Shown here: positions 6,088-15,619 of the stretch, one piece after another | How the letters are laid out: every line of letters starts with the position of its first letter | Position numbering within the stretch: the stretch's first letter is position 1 | Source: Candidatus Dojkabacteria bacterium | GTDB taxonomy: Bacteria > Patescibacteriota > Dojkabacteria > SC72 | Length of the DNA stretch: 58,082 nt | Direction of reading: 5' to 3' | NCBI GenBank assembly: GCA_028694805.1 | Contig: JAQVKD010000002.1 | Span: 1 to 58,082 of the forward strand | The notes under the pieces: generated by a model | Databases searched by the model: none | The model's input: only the letters and a program-made list of their open reading frames with translations | Told to the model about the DNA's origin: nothing | Position numbers and translations under genes: made by a program

Positions 6088-9000
6088 TTTTCTTAATTAT
6101 TAAATTAACAATTATTACTAAGAATTCTATTATTAACAATATATATCCCAAATATGCCAGTAGGTTAGGGTAGTATATTATATATATATTATCGTATTCT
6201 ACATCAGATATATCCCAGCCCTGTTTCCAACCGTTTACTACAACTTTGTTTTTTAATATCTGTGGAATATTATTTTTTATAGATATTGCAATCCATCCAG
6301 ATTCCGATGCTTGAGGTATGGTTAATATATCGTTAGAGGATAGTTCCGAATATGAATATGTTGTTGAGAACGAATTTCCTACTATTGTTGCTTCAACTTG
6401 AGTCTTTGTATTTAATTCGCTTGATACATATGAAATATCTTGCCATTCTTCTGGGTATTTCATTAGTACAAAATCATAGAGAACATTTTCAGTTAGACCA
6501 GAATAGCTTACACTCCTATATGACAGATCTATCCTTTTCCCACCTATTGAAGTAAAGAATCCTAAAGAAGAATCTTCTTTATTATCACTAAAAATATCAT
6601 CCACCCAACATTTGTCATCATTTTCATATGTTAAACAAAGAGTAGCAGGAATATTATTTATATTCTCCCCAGACCAATACCATAGATATTTATCTAAAGC
6701 AGTTGTTTTAAAAAGTGTTGTATATTGGTTAAGATATTGATCTTGGACAATCTGTTGAATTCCATTATTCCATATGCTTTCAAATATCCCATTTGTCTGA
6801 GATTCATTTATTTGCCATATTAAATCCTCTTTATTAGATGAATTGTATATATAGCTACTGTCTCCATAGATTATTGGAATCTGTACTGTATATTCCACTC
6901 CATCTTCTAAGATTAGACTGTTTACAATTTCATTTTCTACGGATCCTACTAGCGTTAATTTCTCTATATTATCATTTGTTTGAATTTGTATACTTCTGAA
7001 AATTGTTTCAACTTCATCGTTCGTTGGAGAGTATGTATATATTGTTAAAGTTATATCATCATTCTTATTTAATTCTAATGGAAGAAGTATTTCTTTTTGA
7101 CCAAATTCATCTTCAGAATATATATATTTTTCTTCATTAATACATTTCTCATATTCACCGGAATAGAGACAATATCCAATATATGTATCAGACGAAATCT
7201 CCTCCCAATTAAAAGAGATCCTAGCAATTCCACTTGTAGGTAGATTTATATGAGAATACATACATGGGAGTTCTGAATCTCCAGAGATTGAAAAACCAGA
7301 TGCAGATCCCTGCAGTTGGACATCAACATCTTCTTCAAACTCGACACCAGAACAATTCCCACTATATCCGTTATTTGCAAGGTATTTGGTGAGCGTCTCC
7401 ATATTCCAACTACTGTCATAAACAGCTGATATTTGATTAAGATTCTTATATGAAACATCAACTGTAACACCTTGAATAAGCTGCTCTTTTGTAAAAACAA
7501 GGTCGTTAATTATATAAAAATCATAATTATTAGTATCAAAAGTTTTCTTAATATTGCTTCCAATATTGTTAATGGTTGGTATAGCAGGAGAAACTATCAA
7601 CTGTTGATTTTCAAGAATAATACTTGATGGTAAAGATTCTATATCTAAGTTTGAATAATCCAAAGATAGTTCAGAGGAATTCCCACTATATATAAAAGAC
7701 CCTTCAAGTATATTATCTACAATATTCCAATTATCTATACTTAATTCTAATGGCTTTATAGTAGCCAATACAGATTCTTCAGAGTAAAAAGTACCATCTG
7801 TCCCTGATAAAGATTCTTCCAATAAATTTTCTTCTGTATATGCAGTTTTATAAAGGGTTATATCAGAACTTGACCAAACTTGTTTGAAGTTTTCTGATAC
7901 TAACTCTGACGTTTCCCAATCAATATTATAACCATATCTTCCTTCTATGAGACCTTTATCTACTAGAATGTATTCAACTTCATATTGTTCAATGAACTCG
8001 TTTAGACTCTCTACATCATGAGAGAAATCTATATTTCTTAATTCCCACATTGCTTGTTCTCCAACATTAGACCCTATTGATAAGGACATGTCCATTAAAG
8101 AGTTGGGTACTATGTAATGCAAAAAACCAGAACCTATAAAACCCCAATCATATTCTCTAAAGTACCCATTATTCGCTGTTGGAAGATATAAAATTCTTCC
8201 TTCAGAATCATTCTGCTCTAAATAATCACTAAGTTCATAGTATTCTTCTGGTATATTAATTATTGCTCTTTCTACAAAAAGATTACCTCCAAAAATATAT
8301 CCAGAAAAGATATAAAGCAGTGATAGTAATGAGGCTGATACCAAAGCAGATATTAATATTCTTAAGGTTTTTTTCTTAAAAAATGATACTAAAAAATCAA
8401 TCAAATAAACAAAACCCATTGGTGCCAATAAGGAAATTGAATAAACATATGCCTGTCCCAGCTTTGAAGATGGCCATCTGAACACCTGTTTAAACAAAGG
8501 AATATTGTTCTGTAAAAAGATGTAAATATTACCTAATGGAAAATTCTGATTTTTGATTATGAACCAAGTTAAAATTGCGACAAGACCAATAAAAACAACT
8601 TTTCTTTTTTTCTTCACAAATCCAAAAATAATAGCAATAATACTAAAAATTGCTGGGATTAAAGCAACAAATTTAAAATAATCGTATGTAAGATATTCTT
8701 CAGCATCTTTAAATAAATATTCTTTACCCTCTTGATCATCTGTTGTTTCTAAAACTCTTGTATACATACGGGCAGAATTTAGATAATCCATAGCTTCCTT
8801 CTCCAAATCTATAATTGATGTTGTAACAGTTTCATTTGTATGAGAGTCGATAATATCTCCACTTACATTAATTGTGTAATGTATAAATGGTAATATCCAA
8901 AATAGTTGAGTAAATATAAATAATAGAATTGTTAAAAATGTCTTCTTTAATATATCCTTAAACCCTTTAGAGTAGGTGAGTGCGAATATTAATGTAAATA

Positions 9001-9622
9001 TAGATATTATTACAATATCTACTACAAAAAGGGTTGCTATAACAAAGGTTGAAGTAAATAAAATAGTTGAAAAAAATAATAGTAAAGCATTTTTCCAATT
9101 AAAATTTTTTATCAATCTATAAATACTCCATATAACCAATGGAAGGAAACCAAACTGTGTAATGTATGGAAACATATTTTGGTAATACACCCATACTGTC
9201 CATAAGGTTGATATGTAAAAGATACCTCCCAATAGAAATACCAATTCTGAATACTTTTTCTTTTCTGTATCTTTTATCAGATTAGATGCTAACAATCCTG
9301 TAAACCAACTACCTACAAATATACATAGTAAAGCAAAAACTTGACTAAGAGACCAAGTGGGTAACAATAGATCTAAAATGTAATACAGACCTGAACGAAA
9401 GATATCTGCCTGTTCACTTTCTGAAGCAAAACCAAGAACTCTATAACTTCTCCAAGCTGGAGATTCTATATTCCTTTCGATAGTTAATAATGGATTTAAA
9501 TCTGGAGAATAGTTATCGTTTGAGAGATATGAATATCCTGATTTAAAAGATAAGAAACATATAATTAATAGACACCCTGTTAATAATATTTTCCCCCAAT
9601 TCTTCTTAAAAAATTTCTTCAT
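6077..9622 (-). CDS. Very large polytopic membrane protein, GT-C-like (arabinofuranosyl/mannosyl-transferase-like N-terminal domain) with a large extracytoplasmic domain and a C-terminal TM anchor
   Basis: 1181 aa. The first ~470 aa are a run of hydrophobic helices. They are followed by ~650 aa of soluble Asn/Ser/Tyr-rich sequence and a terminal TM, LLAYLGYILLIIEFLVIIVNLII. It overlaps the downstream GT2 gene by 11 nt. The family assignment comes from architecture only. Confidence 0.5.
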   Translation of the reverse strand: MKKFFKKNWGKILLTGCLLIICFLSFKSGYSYLSNDNYSPDLNPLLTIERNIESPAWRSYRVLGFASESEQADIFRSGLYYILDLLLPTWSLSQVFALLCIFVGSWFTGLLASNLIKDTEKKKYSELVFLLGGIFYISTLWTVWVYYQNMFPYITQFGFLPLVIWSIYRLIKNFNWKNALLLFFSTILFTSTFVIATLFVVDIVIISIFTLIFALTYSKGFKDILKKTFLTILLFIFTQLFWILPFIHYTINVSGDIIDSHTNETVTTSIIDLEKEAMDYLNSARMYTRVLETTDDQEGKEYLFKDAEEYLTYDYFKFVALIPAIFSIIAIIFGFVKKKRKVVFIGLVAILTWFIIKNQNFPLGNIYIFLQNNIPLFKQVFRWPSSKLGQAYVYSISLLAPMGFVYLIDFLVSFFKKKTLRILISALVSASLLSLLYIFSGYIFGGNLFVERAIINIPEEYYELSDYLEQNDSEGRILYLPTANNGYFREYDWGFIGSGFLHYIVPNSLMDMSLSIGSNVGEQAMWELRNIDFSHDVESLNEFIEQYEVEYILVDKGLIEGRYGYNIDWETSELVSENFKQVWSSSDITLYKTAYTEENLLEESLSGTDGTFYSEESVLATIKPLELSIDNWNIVDNILEGSFIYSGNSSELSLDYSNLDIESLPSSIILENQQLIVSPAIPTINNIGSNIKKTFDTNNYDFYIINDLVFTKEQLIQGVTVDVSYKNLNQISAVYDSSWNMETLTKYLANNGYSGNCSGVEFEEDVDVQLQGSASGFSISGDSELPCMYSHINLPTSGIARISFNWEEISSDTYIGYCLYSGEYEKCINEEKYIYSEDEFGQKEILLPLELNKNDDITLTIYTYSPTNDEVETIFRSIQIQTNDNIEKLTLVGSVENEIVNSLILEDGVEYTVQIPIIYGDSSYIYNSSNKEDLIWQINESQTNGIFESIWNNGIQQIVQDQYLNQYTTLFKTTALDKYLWYWSGENINNIPATLCLTYENDDKCWVDDIFSDNKEDSSLGFFTSIGGKRIDLSYRSVSYSGLTENVLYDFVLMKYPEEWQDISYVSSELNTKTQVEATIVGNSFSTTYSYSELSSNDILTIPQASESGWIAISIKNNIPQILKNKVVVNGWKQGWDISDVEYDNIYIIYYPNLLAYLGYILLIIEFLVIIVNLIIKKNGK

Positions 9623-9684
9623 ATCAATAAATTCTATCAGAATTTTAAAATTCTTTATACCTTAAAGTGAATTAGCTTAATTCC

Positions 9685-9713
9685 TTGACTATATTTGAAA
9701 TATTCTTTAATAT
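9685..9713 (+). promoter_or_regulatory. Sigma70-like promoter (TTGACT - 17 nt - TAATAT)
   Basis: TTGACT is at 9685-9690, the spacer is 17 nt, and TAATAT is at 9708-9713. Its position argues against the TTG start at 9695 used in the ORF track. Confidence 0.45.
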
Positions 9714-9742
9714 TTGTATTAATAAGCTTATTTCATTATTTA

Positions 9743-10216
9743 ATGAAAAATCTGTCCACAATAAATATGTTTATATTGCTTGGTTTAGAGAATTTCTCGG
9801 AGCAAGAAAAACAACAATATCTATTAAAAATTTCCCAGACATCCATTAAACAGGCTATTGAAAAAGCCGTTAGAGATGGAAAACTCAATATTGATGATGT
9901 TGAGAGATTAACACAACAAGAGAAAGATCCTGTTCAATTTCAAAAATCTCTTGTATCTATGTGTCCTGACATAAAGGACTATACTGAAGACTCTATTAAT
10001 AATATGAAAATAGAGATTTTACAACAACAAGTTGATAGAACAATACAGGAAGCTCAAAAAACAGACCTACAATTTGACCTAACCGATATAATTGACTTGA
10101 GAAACTATATAAATAATCCCATACAAGAAATAGATGGAGATATTTTAATGGCAAAAACAGAGCTTTTTCATAATTTCCAAGATAATATGTTAAAACTGCA
10201 AGACAATGGGAACTAA
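9743..10216 (+). CDS. Hypothetical helical protein
   Basis: ATG 9743 (alternative ATG 9767) lies downstream of the predicted promoter. The sequence is Gln/Glu/Lys-rich and looks helical. It overlaps the next gene by 11 nt, which suggests translational coupling. Confidence 0.5.
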   Translation: MKNLSTINMFILLGLENFSEQEKQQYLLKISQTSIKQAIEKAVRDGKLNIDDVERLTQQEKDPVQFQKSLVSMCPDIKDYTEDSINNMKIEILQQQVDRTIQEAQKTDLQFDLTDIIDLRNYINNPIQEIDGDILMAKTELFHNFQDNMLKLQDNGN

Positions 10217-12560
10217 TAATATTCCAGACTCCGGTGTTGGTGGTATTGGTCGCGTAGCAGACTATACAAATTTGGGAGATGAAAAAACACAACAACCAAA
10301 TGACATAAATACAAAAGAGAGGATGCAACAAAGATACGGCCTTAATGAGGACGTTTTTATACAATATTTAGAAGATATTGAAAGTTCCCAACAACAATGG
10401 AGAAAAAATGAAATCGAAGCAAAATCTGAAGACAGATTAAAGAGAGCTGCAAGAACAGCGGCAGAGATTGCTATACCAATAGGCGTTGGGGTTGGGGCAG
10501 ATGCTTTAATGACAGCTTCCGGAATTGCAGGACCACTTGGATCGTTGGCTACAGGTGCAATTACTGGAGGTATTCGAGCAACACTGGAATATAAGCATAT
10601 AGGAGAAAATGGTGAAAACGCTGCAGAATTCTGGCAGAAGAACGTTGGCGATAGAGATAAAAAAGCTGAACAGGGAGGTTTCTTCAGAAAAGCATGGGGG
10701 AGAATTAGTAGATTCTTAAAAGGTGGTTCTTATTTAGGTGCTGAGAATTTTGGATTTAAGGTTAAGGAAAGAGATTCTCATATACAAACATTTTTACATG
10801 AAAATAATATTAATTTAGATGCTAATTCAGAAACTCTGGAGAACCCACAAATGGTTTTCAACCATTTAGCACAAATCAACGAACAAAATCCAGAACAGTA
10901 TAAGCATTTTGTTAAAGATTTAATGAAACAATCTATACTATCAAACTTCTCAGAGCAGAAAACTGCTATTGAACAAAAACAAATGGCAGATCTATTCTGT
11001 CTTGCTAATGCTGTTTTATACAAGGAAGGAAATAACTCAACACCAGACAATCCAACAATAATCATAGATCAACTTTGGAGTGAAACTAAAAATGATGTAA
11101 AAGAAATTATTTCGAAAACAAAAAGCGCATTTATCATCGGTTCTGCAACAGAAAGGGCAATCAAATCTGTTATTGGCTTCTATGCAGTTAAATGGGTAAT
11201 GAATGGTATAAGTAAAATTACAGAGCTTAAAAATGCGAATATTACAAACACAGACAATCTAAAAGAAACCAATTCTTTATTGGATCAAACCAATACAAAA
11301 ATAGATGATGTACAAGACAACATTAATTCACTTCAAGAACAGATGAACAATCTCCAGTTAGACCAGGCGAATCTAGATCAGACTGCAACCATAGATTATA
11401 AATCGATACTTGAACCAGCAGCAAAAGCCGCAGGACAAGATATCAATACATATCTTTCCGTAAGTGAAAGAGCTGGAAGAGTTGAATATCTCCAAGATAT
11501 AGCGAAAGCTTTAACCGAAGATGAAACAAGAAATGCAGTTGAGCAGTTAAGCCAACAATTAAATGTCTCCCCAGCAGAGATAGTTAATGCTGGAATATTA
11601 AGATGGACATATGACAGTGCTAAATATGGTGGAGATTTTGGGAGTATGCTTGAAATGGCAGCCTCAGATGGAGGTTCTGCCATATTAAGTCTACAGCAAG
11701 CAATAGGAGCATCAGAGAATTTACATCCTGCATGGGAGAACTTAGCAGAATCATTATTAGAGGGGACAGCAGGCACTACATCAACAATAGGGGATATAGC
11801 AAACACAACCTCTATCATGGACAAACTTTTAGAACAACAACAAATTCTGCAATCCTTAAGACAACAGAAATTCTACCTTCAAGAATTACAAACACTTCAA
11901 CAAGAGAATGTAATAAAAGTAGCTAAAGAAATCTTTGACTCTTCTGTAAAGGGGATATCTTCAATAGGGGTTTCTATCGCAGATATCTTTAGTAGTTTCA
12001 GTAAAACTGATTATATGTATGGAGTTCAATCAGAAACAATCAATCCGACACCGACACTTAATATTCCTGGGCTTGGAGACGGATTAAATCATAATGGAAA
12101 TGATCAAAATCCAACAACACCTTTCTTTGCTGATCCAAACCCTCAACCGAATGCTGATCCTAATGCCCAAACAAACGCTCAGCCAAATAATCAACAATCA
12201 ACAACAAGTACAACTTCTAATACTAGTAATAATGCAAATGATAGATTTTATGGCTTAAGACCTAACTCATCAAATCCAACAGAAAATGAAACTTATCAAC
12301 TCTTATCAGACATTTATGATCTAGAAACTGAGAATGAAGATCTCTTTACTAAAATTCATCAAGGATCTAACAATCTTACTCCTGAAGAACTTGATACTAT
12401 TAGATCAAAATTTTTAAGATTTAATGGAAATTGGAGAACAATATATCATTCATTAGCAACAAAAATACATCCAGATACAAACTCAGCAATTAATCCAAAC
12501 TATATGTATTTTTTAAACGGATTAAACAGATTACAACAATCTCCTAACTTTAGAGCCTAA
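10206..12560 (+). CDS. Large hypothetical protein: Gly-rich membrane segments, coiled coil, low-complexity PN/Q/T linker and a C-terminal J-domain-like module (HPD)
   Basis: 784 aa. The Gly-zipper-like hydrophobic stretch is AAEIAIPIGVGVGADALMTASGIAGPLGSLATGAITGGI. The coiled coil is NLKETNSLLDQTNTKIDDVQDNINSLQEQMNNLQLDQANLDQ. The linker contains the repeat ADPNPQPNADPNAQTNAQPNNQQSTTSTTSNTSNN. The C-terminus WRTIYHSLATKIHPDTNSAINPNYMYFLNGLNRL resembles J-domain helix II - HPD loop - helix III. Confidence 0.6.
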   Translation: MGTNNIPDSGVGGIGRVADYTNLGDEKTQQPNDINTKERMQQRYGLNEDVFIQYLEDIESSQQQWRKNEIEAKSEDRLKRAARTAAEIAIPIGVGVGADALMTASGIAGPLGSLATGAITGGIRATLEYKHIGENGENAAEFWQKNVGDRDKKAEQGGFFRKAWGRISRFLKGGSYLGAENFGFKVKERDSHIQTFLHENNINLDANSETLENPQMVFNHLAQINEQNPEQYKHFVKDLMKQSILSNFSEQKTAIEQKQMADLFCLANAVLYKEGNNSTPDNPTIIIDQLWSETKNDVKEIISKTKSAFIIGSATERAIKSVIGFYAVKWVMNGISKITELKNANITNTDNLKETNSLLDQTNTKIDDVQDNINSLQEQMNNLQLDQANLDQTATIDYKSILEPAAKAAGQDINTYLSVSERAGRVEYLQDIAKALTEDETRNAVEQLSQQLNVSPAEIVNAGILRWTYDSAKYGGDFGSMLEMAASDGGSAILSLQQAIGASENLHPAWENLAESLLEGTAGTTSTIGDIANTTSIMDKLLEQQQILQSLRQQKFYLQELQTLQQENVIKVAKEIFDSSVKGISSIGVSIADIFSSFSKTDYMYGVQSETINPTPTLNIPGLGDGLNHNGNDQNPTTPFFADPNPQPNADPNAQTNAQPNNQQSTTSTTSNTSNNANDRFYGLRPNSSNPTENETYQLLSDIYDLETENEDLFTKIHQGSNNLTPEELDTIRSKFLRFNGNWRTIYHSLATKIHPDTNSAINPNYMYFLNGLNRLQQSPNFRA

Positions 12561-12561
12561 G

Positions 12562-12585
12562 TTAAAGGTCCAATCATACCTTTAA
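12562..12585 (+). terminator. Terminator-like hairpin after the 784-aa ORF
   Basis: TTAAAGGT (12562-12569) pairs with ACCTTTAA (12578-12585) around an 8-nt loop. The trailing sequence is A/T-rich but has no clean U-tract. Confidence 0.35.
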
Positions 12586-13146
12586 TTTAAAACTCTCTCT
12601 TAAAATCGATTACAGAGCCTCGATATTCATTGGTATTATAATAACAACGTTTATTGACATTTCCATATTTAAAAAGCATATTTTTTAATAATTATTTAAT
12701 TTTTCTATCAAGAGTAGGGGTTCTTATTTTCAAAAATTCCATAAGATATCAAAATGAGTATTCTTAGATAGTAGAAGAGATAAAAATATACAAAAGAGAT
12801 AAAATAAAAAAATAAATTTAAATAAGAAACAATATAGAAATCAAGGTTTAAAAGAATTTTACATATGGCATCGCATATAACCGTGATTATACTCGATATG
12901 TGAAATAAGAAATTTGACCCATTACTACATAGAGTAGCACCCCTCTACTAATACATGTACACAGATTGATTAAGATCAGTTTGATAAACTAAATAATCAA
13001 ATAATAAATATATATTTTTTAAGTATTTTTAATGGAGTATATTAGCAATCTTATCCACACTGTGAAACTATAGGGTATTAACAACTATGGGACATAAAGG
13101 CTTTCGTAACACTCTACCCCCCTACTCGCCAATACACACTATAAAA

Positions 13147-13965
13147 TTAAAACCAACTAATATAAAGAGCAATACAAACGATTATTAATATTAGAAAATT
13201 ATACCAAAACAATTGCCATTTAATATTCTCCTTACCACTCAATGTTAAAATCCCACCACCAACAAAGCCCCCTATCGTTGGAACTATAGAAATAACCTCA
13301 TGATTCGAACTAACAAATATGAATGGTAATAACAAAGAGATATTCATTAAAGCTATTACAATCACAACATACCACAAATGACTCTTCTCAACCCCTATTT
13401 CATTAAACTGCATATATAATAAGAAGATATATATCCCAAACAGAATTGGAAGAATTATATATAGCTGAAAACCACTAGCCAATACCCCAAATGTTAGAAA
13501 ATATATCATTAATAAAGTTAATATATATGAAGCTGTTTGAGCAACATTAAGTAAAGGCAAATCCTTATACAAAGAAACATTAAATATATTTATCATTAAA
13601 AAGCATGTATATGTAATACCTCCAAGAAATATTAACAATAAAAAGAGAAGTATTCCCTCATATATACGATCGAACTGTTTAAAGAAAAACAATAGAACAA
13701 AGATAACCTCACTAAAAACAAATAAACCACTCTGAAATAGGTATTTAAAAGATTTTATGCGAACTTGAAAATTAAAAGCCCACAACAACCCTACTATTGA
13801 TATCAAAGCATAAATAGCCCCTACTATATAAATATCCATAGAAACTTCACTCTTAGCAAATATTTTTGTAAAGAATAGTGAAAATGAAAGACCAAAAGCA
13901 AGAAAGATCAATTTCAATCTCTTAACATTATCCTCTCCAGTATTTTGAGTAATTAAATTATTCAT
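13147..13965 (-). CDS. Polytopic membrane protein, function unknown
   Basis: 272 aa, almost entirely hydrophobic helices (about 7-8 TM). It overlaps the ruvB stop region by 8 nt. Confidence 0.6.
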   Translation of the reverse strand: MNNLITQNTGEDNVKRLKLIFLAFGLSFSLFFTKIFAKSEVSMDIYIVGAIYALISIVGLLWAFNFQVRIKSFKYLFQSGLFVFSEVIFVLLFFFKQFDRIYEGILLFLLLIFLGGITYTCFLMINIFNVSLYKDLPLLNVAQTASYILTLLMIYFLTFGVLASGFQLYIILPILFGIYIFLLYMQFNEIGVEKSHLWYVVIVIALMNISLLLPFIFVSSNHEVISIVPTIGGFVGGGILTLSGKENIKWQLFWYNFLILIIVCIALYISWF

Positions 13966-14998
13966 ATAAATTACTAATATATCTTACACCTTTCTCTGTT
14001 AATACCCTACCACGATTAGTACGTTTAATAAAGCCACATTTCATAAGATATGGTTCATGTACTTCTGATAATGTACCTGTATCTTCAGTAATAGCAGCAG
14101 CTAATGTAGACAAACCAACAGGTCCACCACCGAAGCTATTTAACATAAGATCTAAGATTTTTCTATCAATCTCTTCTAAACCTTCTTCATCTATTCCTAA
14201 AAGCTCTAATGTATTTTCAACAACATCAATATCAACAACGTCTCTATCTTGATTCTCAGAGTAATCTCTAACTCTCCTAAGCAACCTTAAACCTATTCTA
14301 GCCGTTCCTCTAGAACATTGTGACAATCTGGAGAGTGCCTCATCCTCAATCTTTATACTCCATAACTTACATGCACGTTTAATAATATCTTGCATATCAC
14401 TCTGTTCAAAGAAATCCAATCTTTGAACTAAACCAAACCTATCTCTCATTGGAGAACTAATCTTCCCTATCTGTGTAGTAGCACCTATCAATGTAAATGG
14501 CTCTAAACTAAGTCTAATAGTCTTTGCAGATGGTCCTTTACCCATAATGATATCCAAAGCTCTATCTTCCATAGCAGGATATAAGATCTCCTCCACTACT
14601 CTAGACAACCTATGTATTTCGTCTATAAATAAGACATCGTTAGCTTTTAAACCAGTCAATATAGCAGCAAGATCTCCCTGTCTTTCTATCGCAGGTCCAG
14701 AAGTAATTCTAATAGATGACCCCATCTCATTTGCTATAGCCATAGCAAATGTAGTCTTACCAAGTCCTGGAGGACCGTAAAAAAGTACATGATCTACTAC
14801 TTCCCCCCTCTTCTTAGCAGAATCTATCATCATCCTTAAAGTTTTCTTCTCATTACTTCTTCCTACAATATCATCTAATCTAGAAGGCCTAATCTTTTGT
14901 TCAGAATCAGAATCTTTCCCATTATAACTATCATTAGGAATAACTTTACTATTCTTTCCTCTATTCTTCTCTTCTGTATTTTTACTAGATTTAATCAT
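13958..14998 (-). CDS. ruvB: Holliday junction branch migration ATPase RuvB
   Basis: RPSRLDDIVGR, Walker A GPPGLGKTT, Walker B LFIDEIHRL and the C-terminal EPYLMKCGFIKRTNRGR match RuvB. It carries a ~35-aa basic N-terminal extension. Confidence 0.95.
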   Translation of the reverse strand: MIKSSKNTEEKNRGKNSKVIPNDSYNGKDSDSEQKIRPSRLDDIVGRSNEKKTLRMMIDSAKKRGEVVDHVLFYGPPGLGKTTFAMAIANEMGSSIRITSGPAIERQGDLAAILTGLKANDVLFIDEIHRLSRVVEEILYPAMEDRALDIIMGKGPSAKTIRLSLEPFTLIGATTQIGKISSPMRDRFGLVQRLDFFEQSDMQDIIKRACKLWSIKIEDEALSRLSQCSRGTARIGLRLLRRVRDYSENQDRDVVDIDVVENTLELLGIDEEGLEEIDRKILDLMLNSFGGGPVGLSTLAAAITEDTGTLSEVHEPYLMKCGFIKRTNRGRVLTEKGVRYISNLYE

Positions 14999-15582
14999 TA
15001 ATCTGATAGTACTCTTTTAAGTAAATCTTCTATCTCCAATATTTCCTTATCAAGTATCTTTTCAGCTTTTTTAATATAAAGTTTCAAGGCATCACCAGAG
15101 AATCCTAATGCTCTTAGTGCATCTTTTAATTCTTTAATACGACTATTCTCTATACTTTCTTTATCATCTTGATTAAACTCTATCTTACCTCTTAATTCTA
15201 ATATTATCTTCTGTGCACCTTTACTACCTAAACCAGATACTTTGCTTAGTTTCCTAGAATCACCTTCTAAGATAATTTGCTCTAGTTCATCTCTTTTGTA
15301 TGTAGAGAGTATAGCTAATCCTGTTTTAGGACCTATACCAGATACAGAGATTATTTCTTCAAATAGATCTCTATCTATTTCTTCTTTAAAGCCATAGAGT
15401 GTTTGATTATCTTCTCTTACCTGAAAGCTTGTATATAGATTTATATCCTCCTTAGAAGAATCTATATCCATATTAGATGGTACATATACTCTATACCCTA
15501 TTCCACTTTTAGTAAGGATATCTATATATGTTTGTTTACCTGTATTTATTTTGAGAATTTTACCTGATATATATGAAATCAT
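14998..15582 (-). CDS. ruvA: Holliday junction DNA helicase subunit RuvA
   Basis: MISYISGKI..., the helix-hairpin-helix motifs VSGIGPKTGLAIL and VSGLGSKGAQKIILEL, and adjacency to ruvB. Confidence 0.9.
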   Translation of the reverse strand: MISYISGKILKINTGKQTYIDILTKSGIGYRVYVPSNMDIDSSKEDINLYTSFQVREDNQTLYGFKEEIDRDLFEEIISVSGIGPKTGLAILSTYKRDELEQIILEGDSRKLSKVSGLGSKGAQKIILELRGKIEFNQDDKESIENSRIKELKDALRALGFSGDALKLYIKKAEKILDKEILEIEDLLKRVLSD

Positions 15583-15619
15583 AGGTACCTATAATATATC
15601 ATATTTTCAGAACTGTTTT

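Noticed and set aside
12561-13146. RNase P RNA, tmRNA or SRP RNA in the long convergent spacer.
   Set aside because: None of the universally conserved signature strings is present on either strand. I looked for GAGGAAAGTCC and ACAGAA-N-CGGCTTA for RNase P, a tRNA-like GGTTCGA T-arm with a CCA end for tmRNA, and the SRP domain IV motif.
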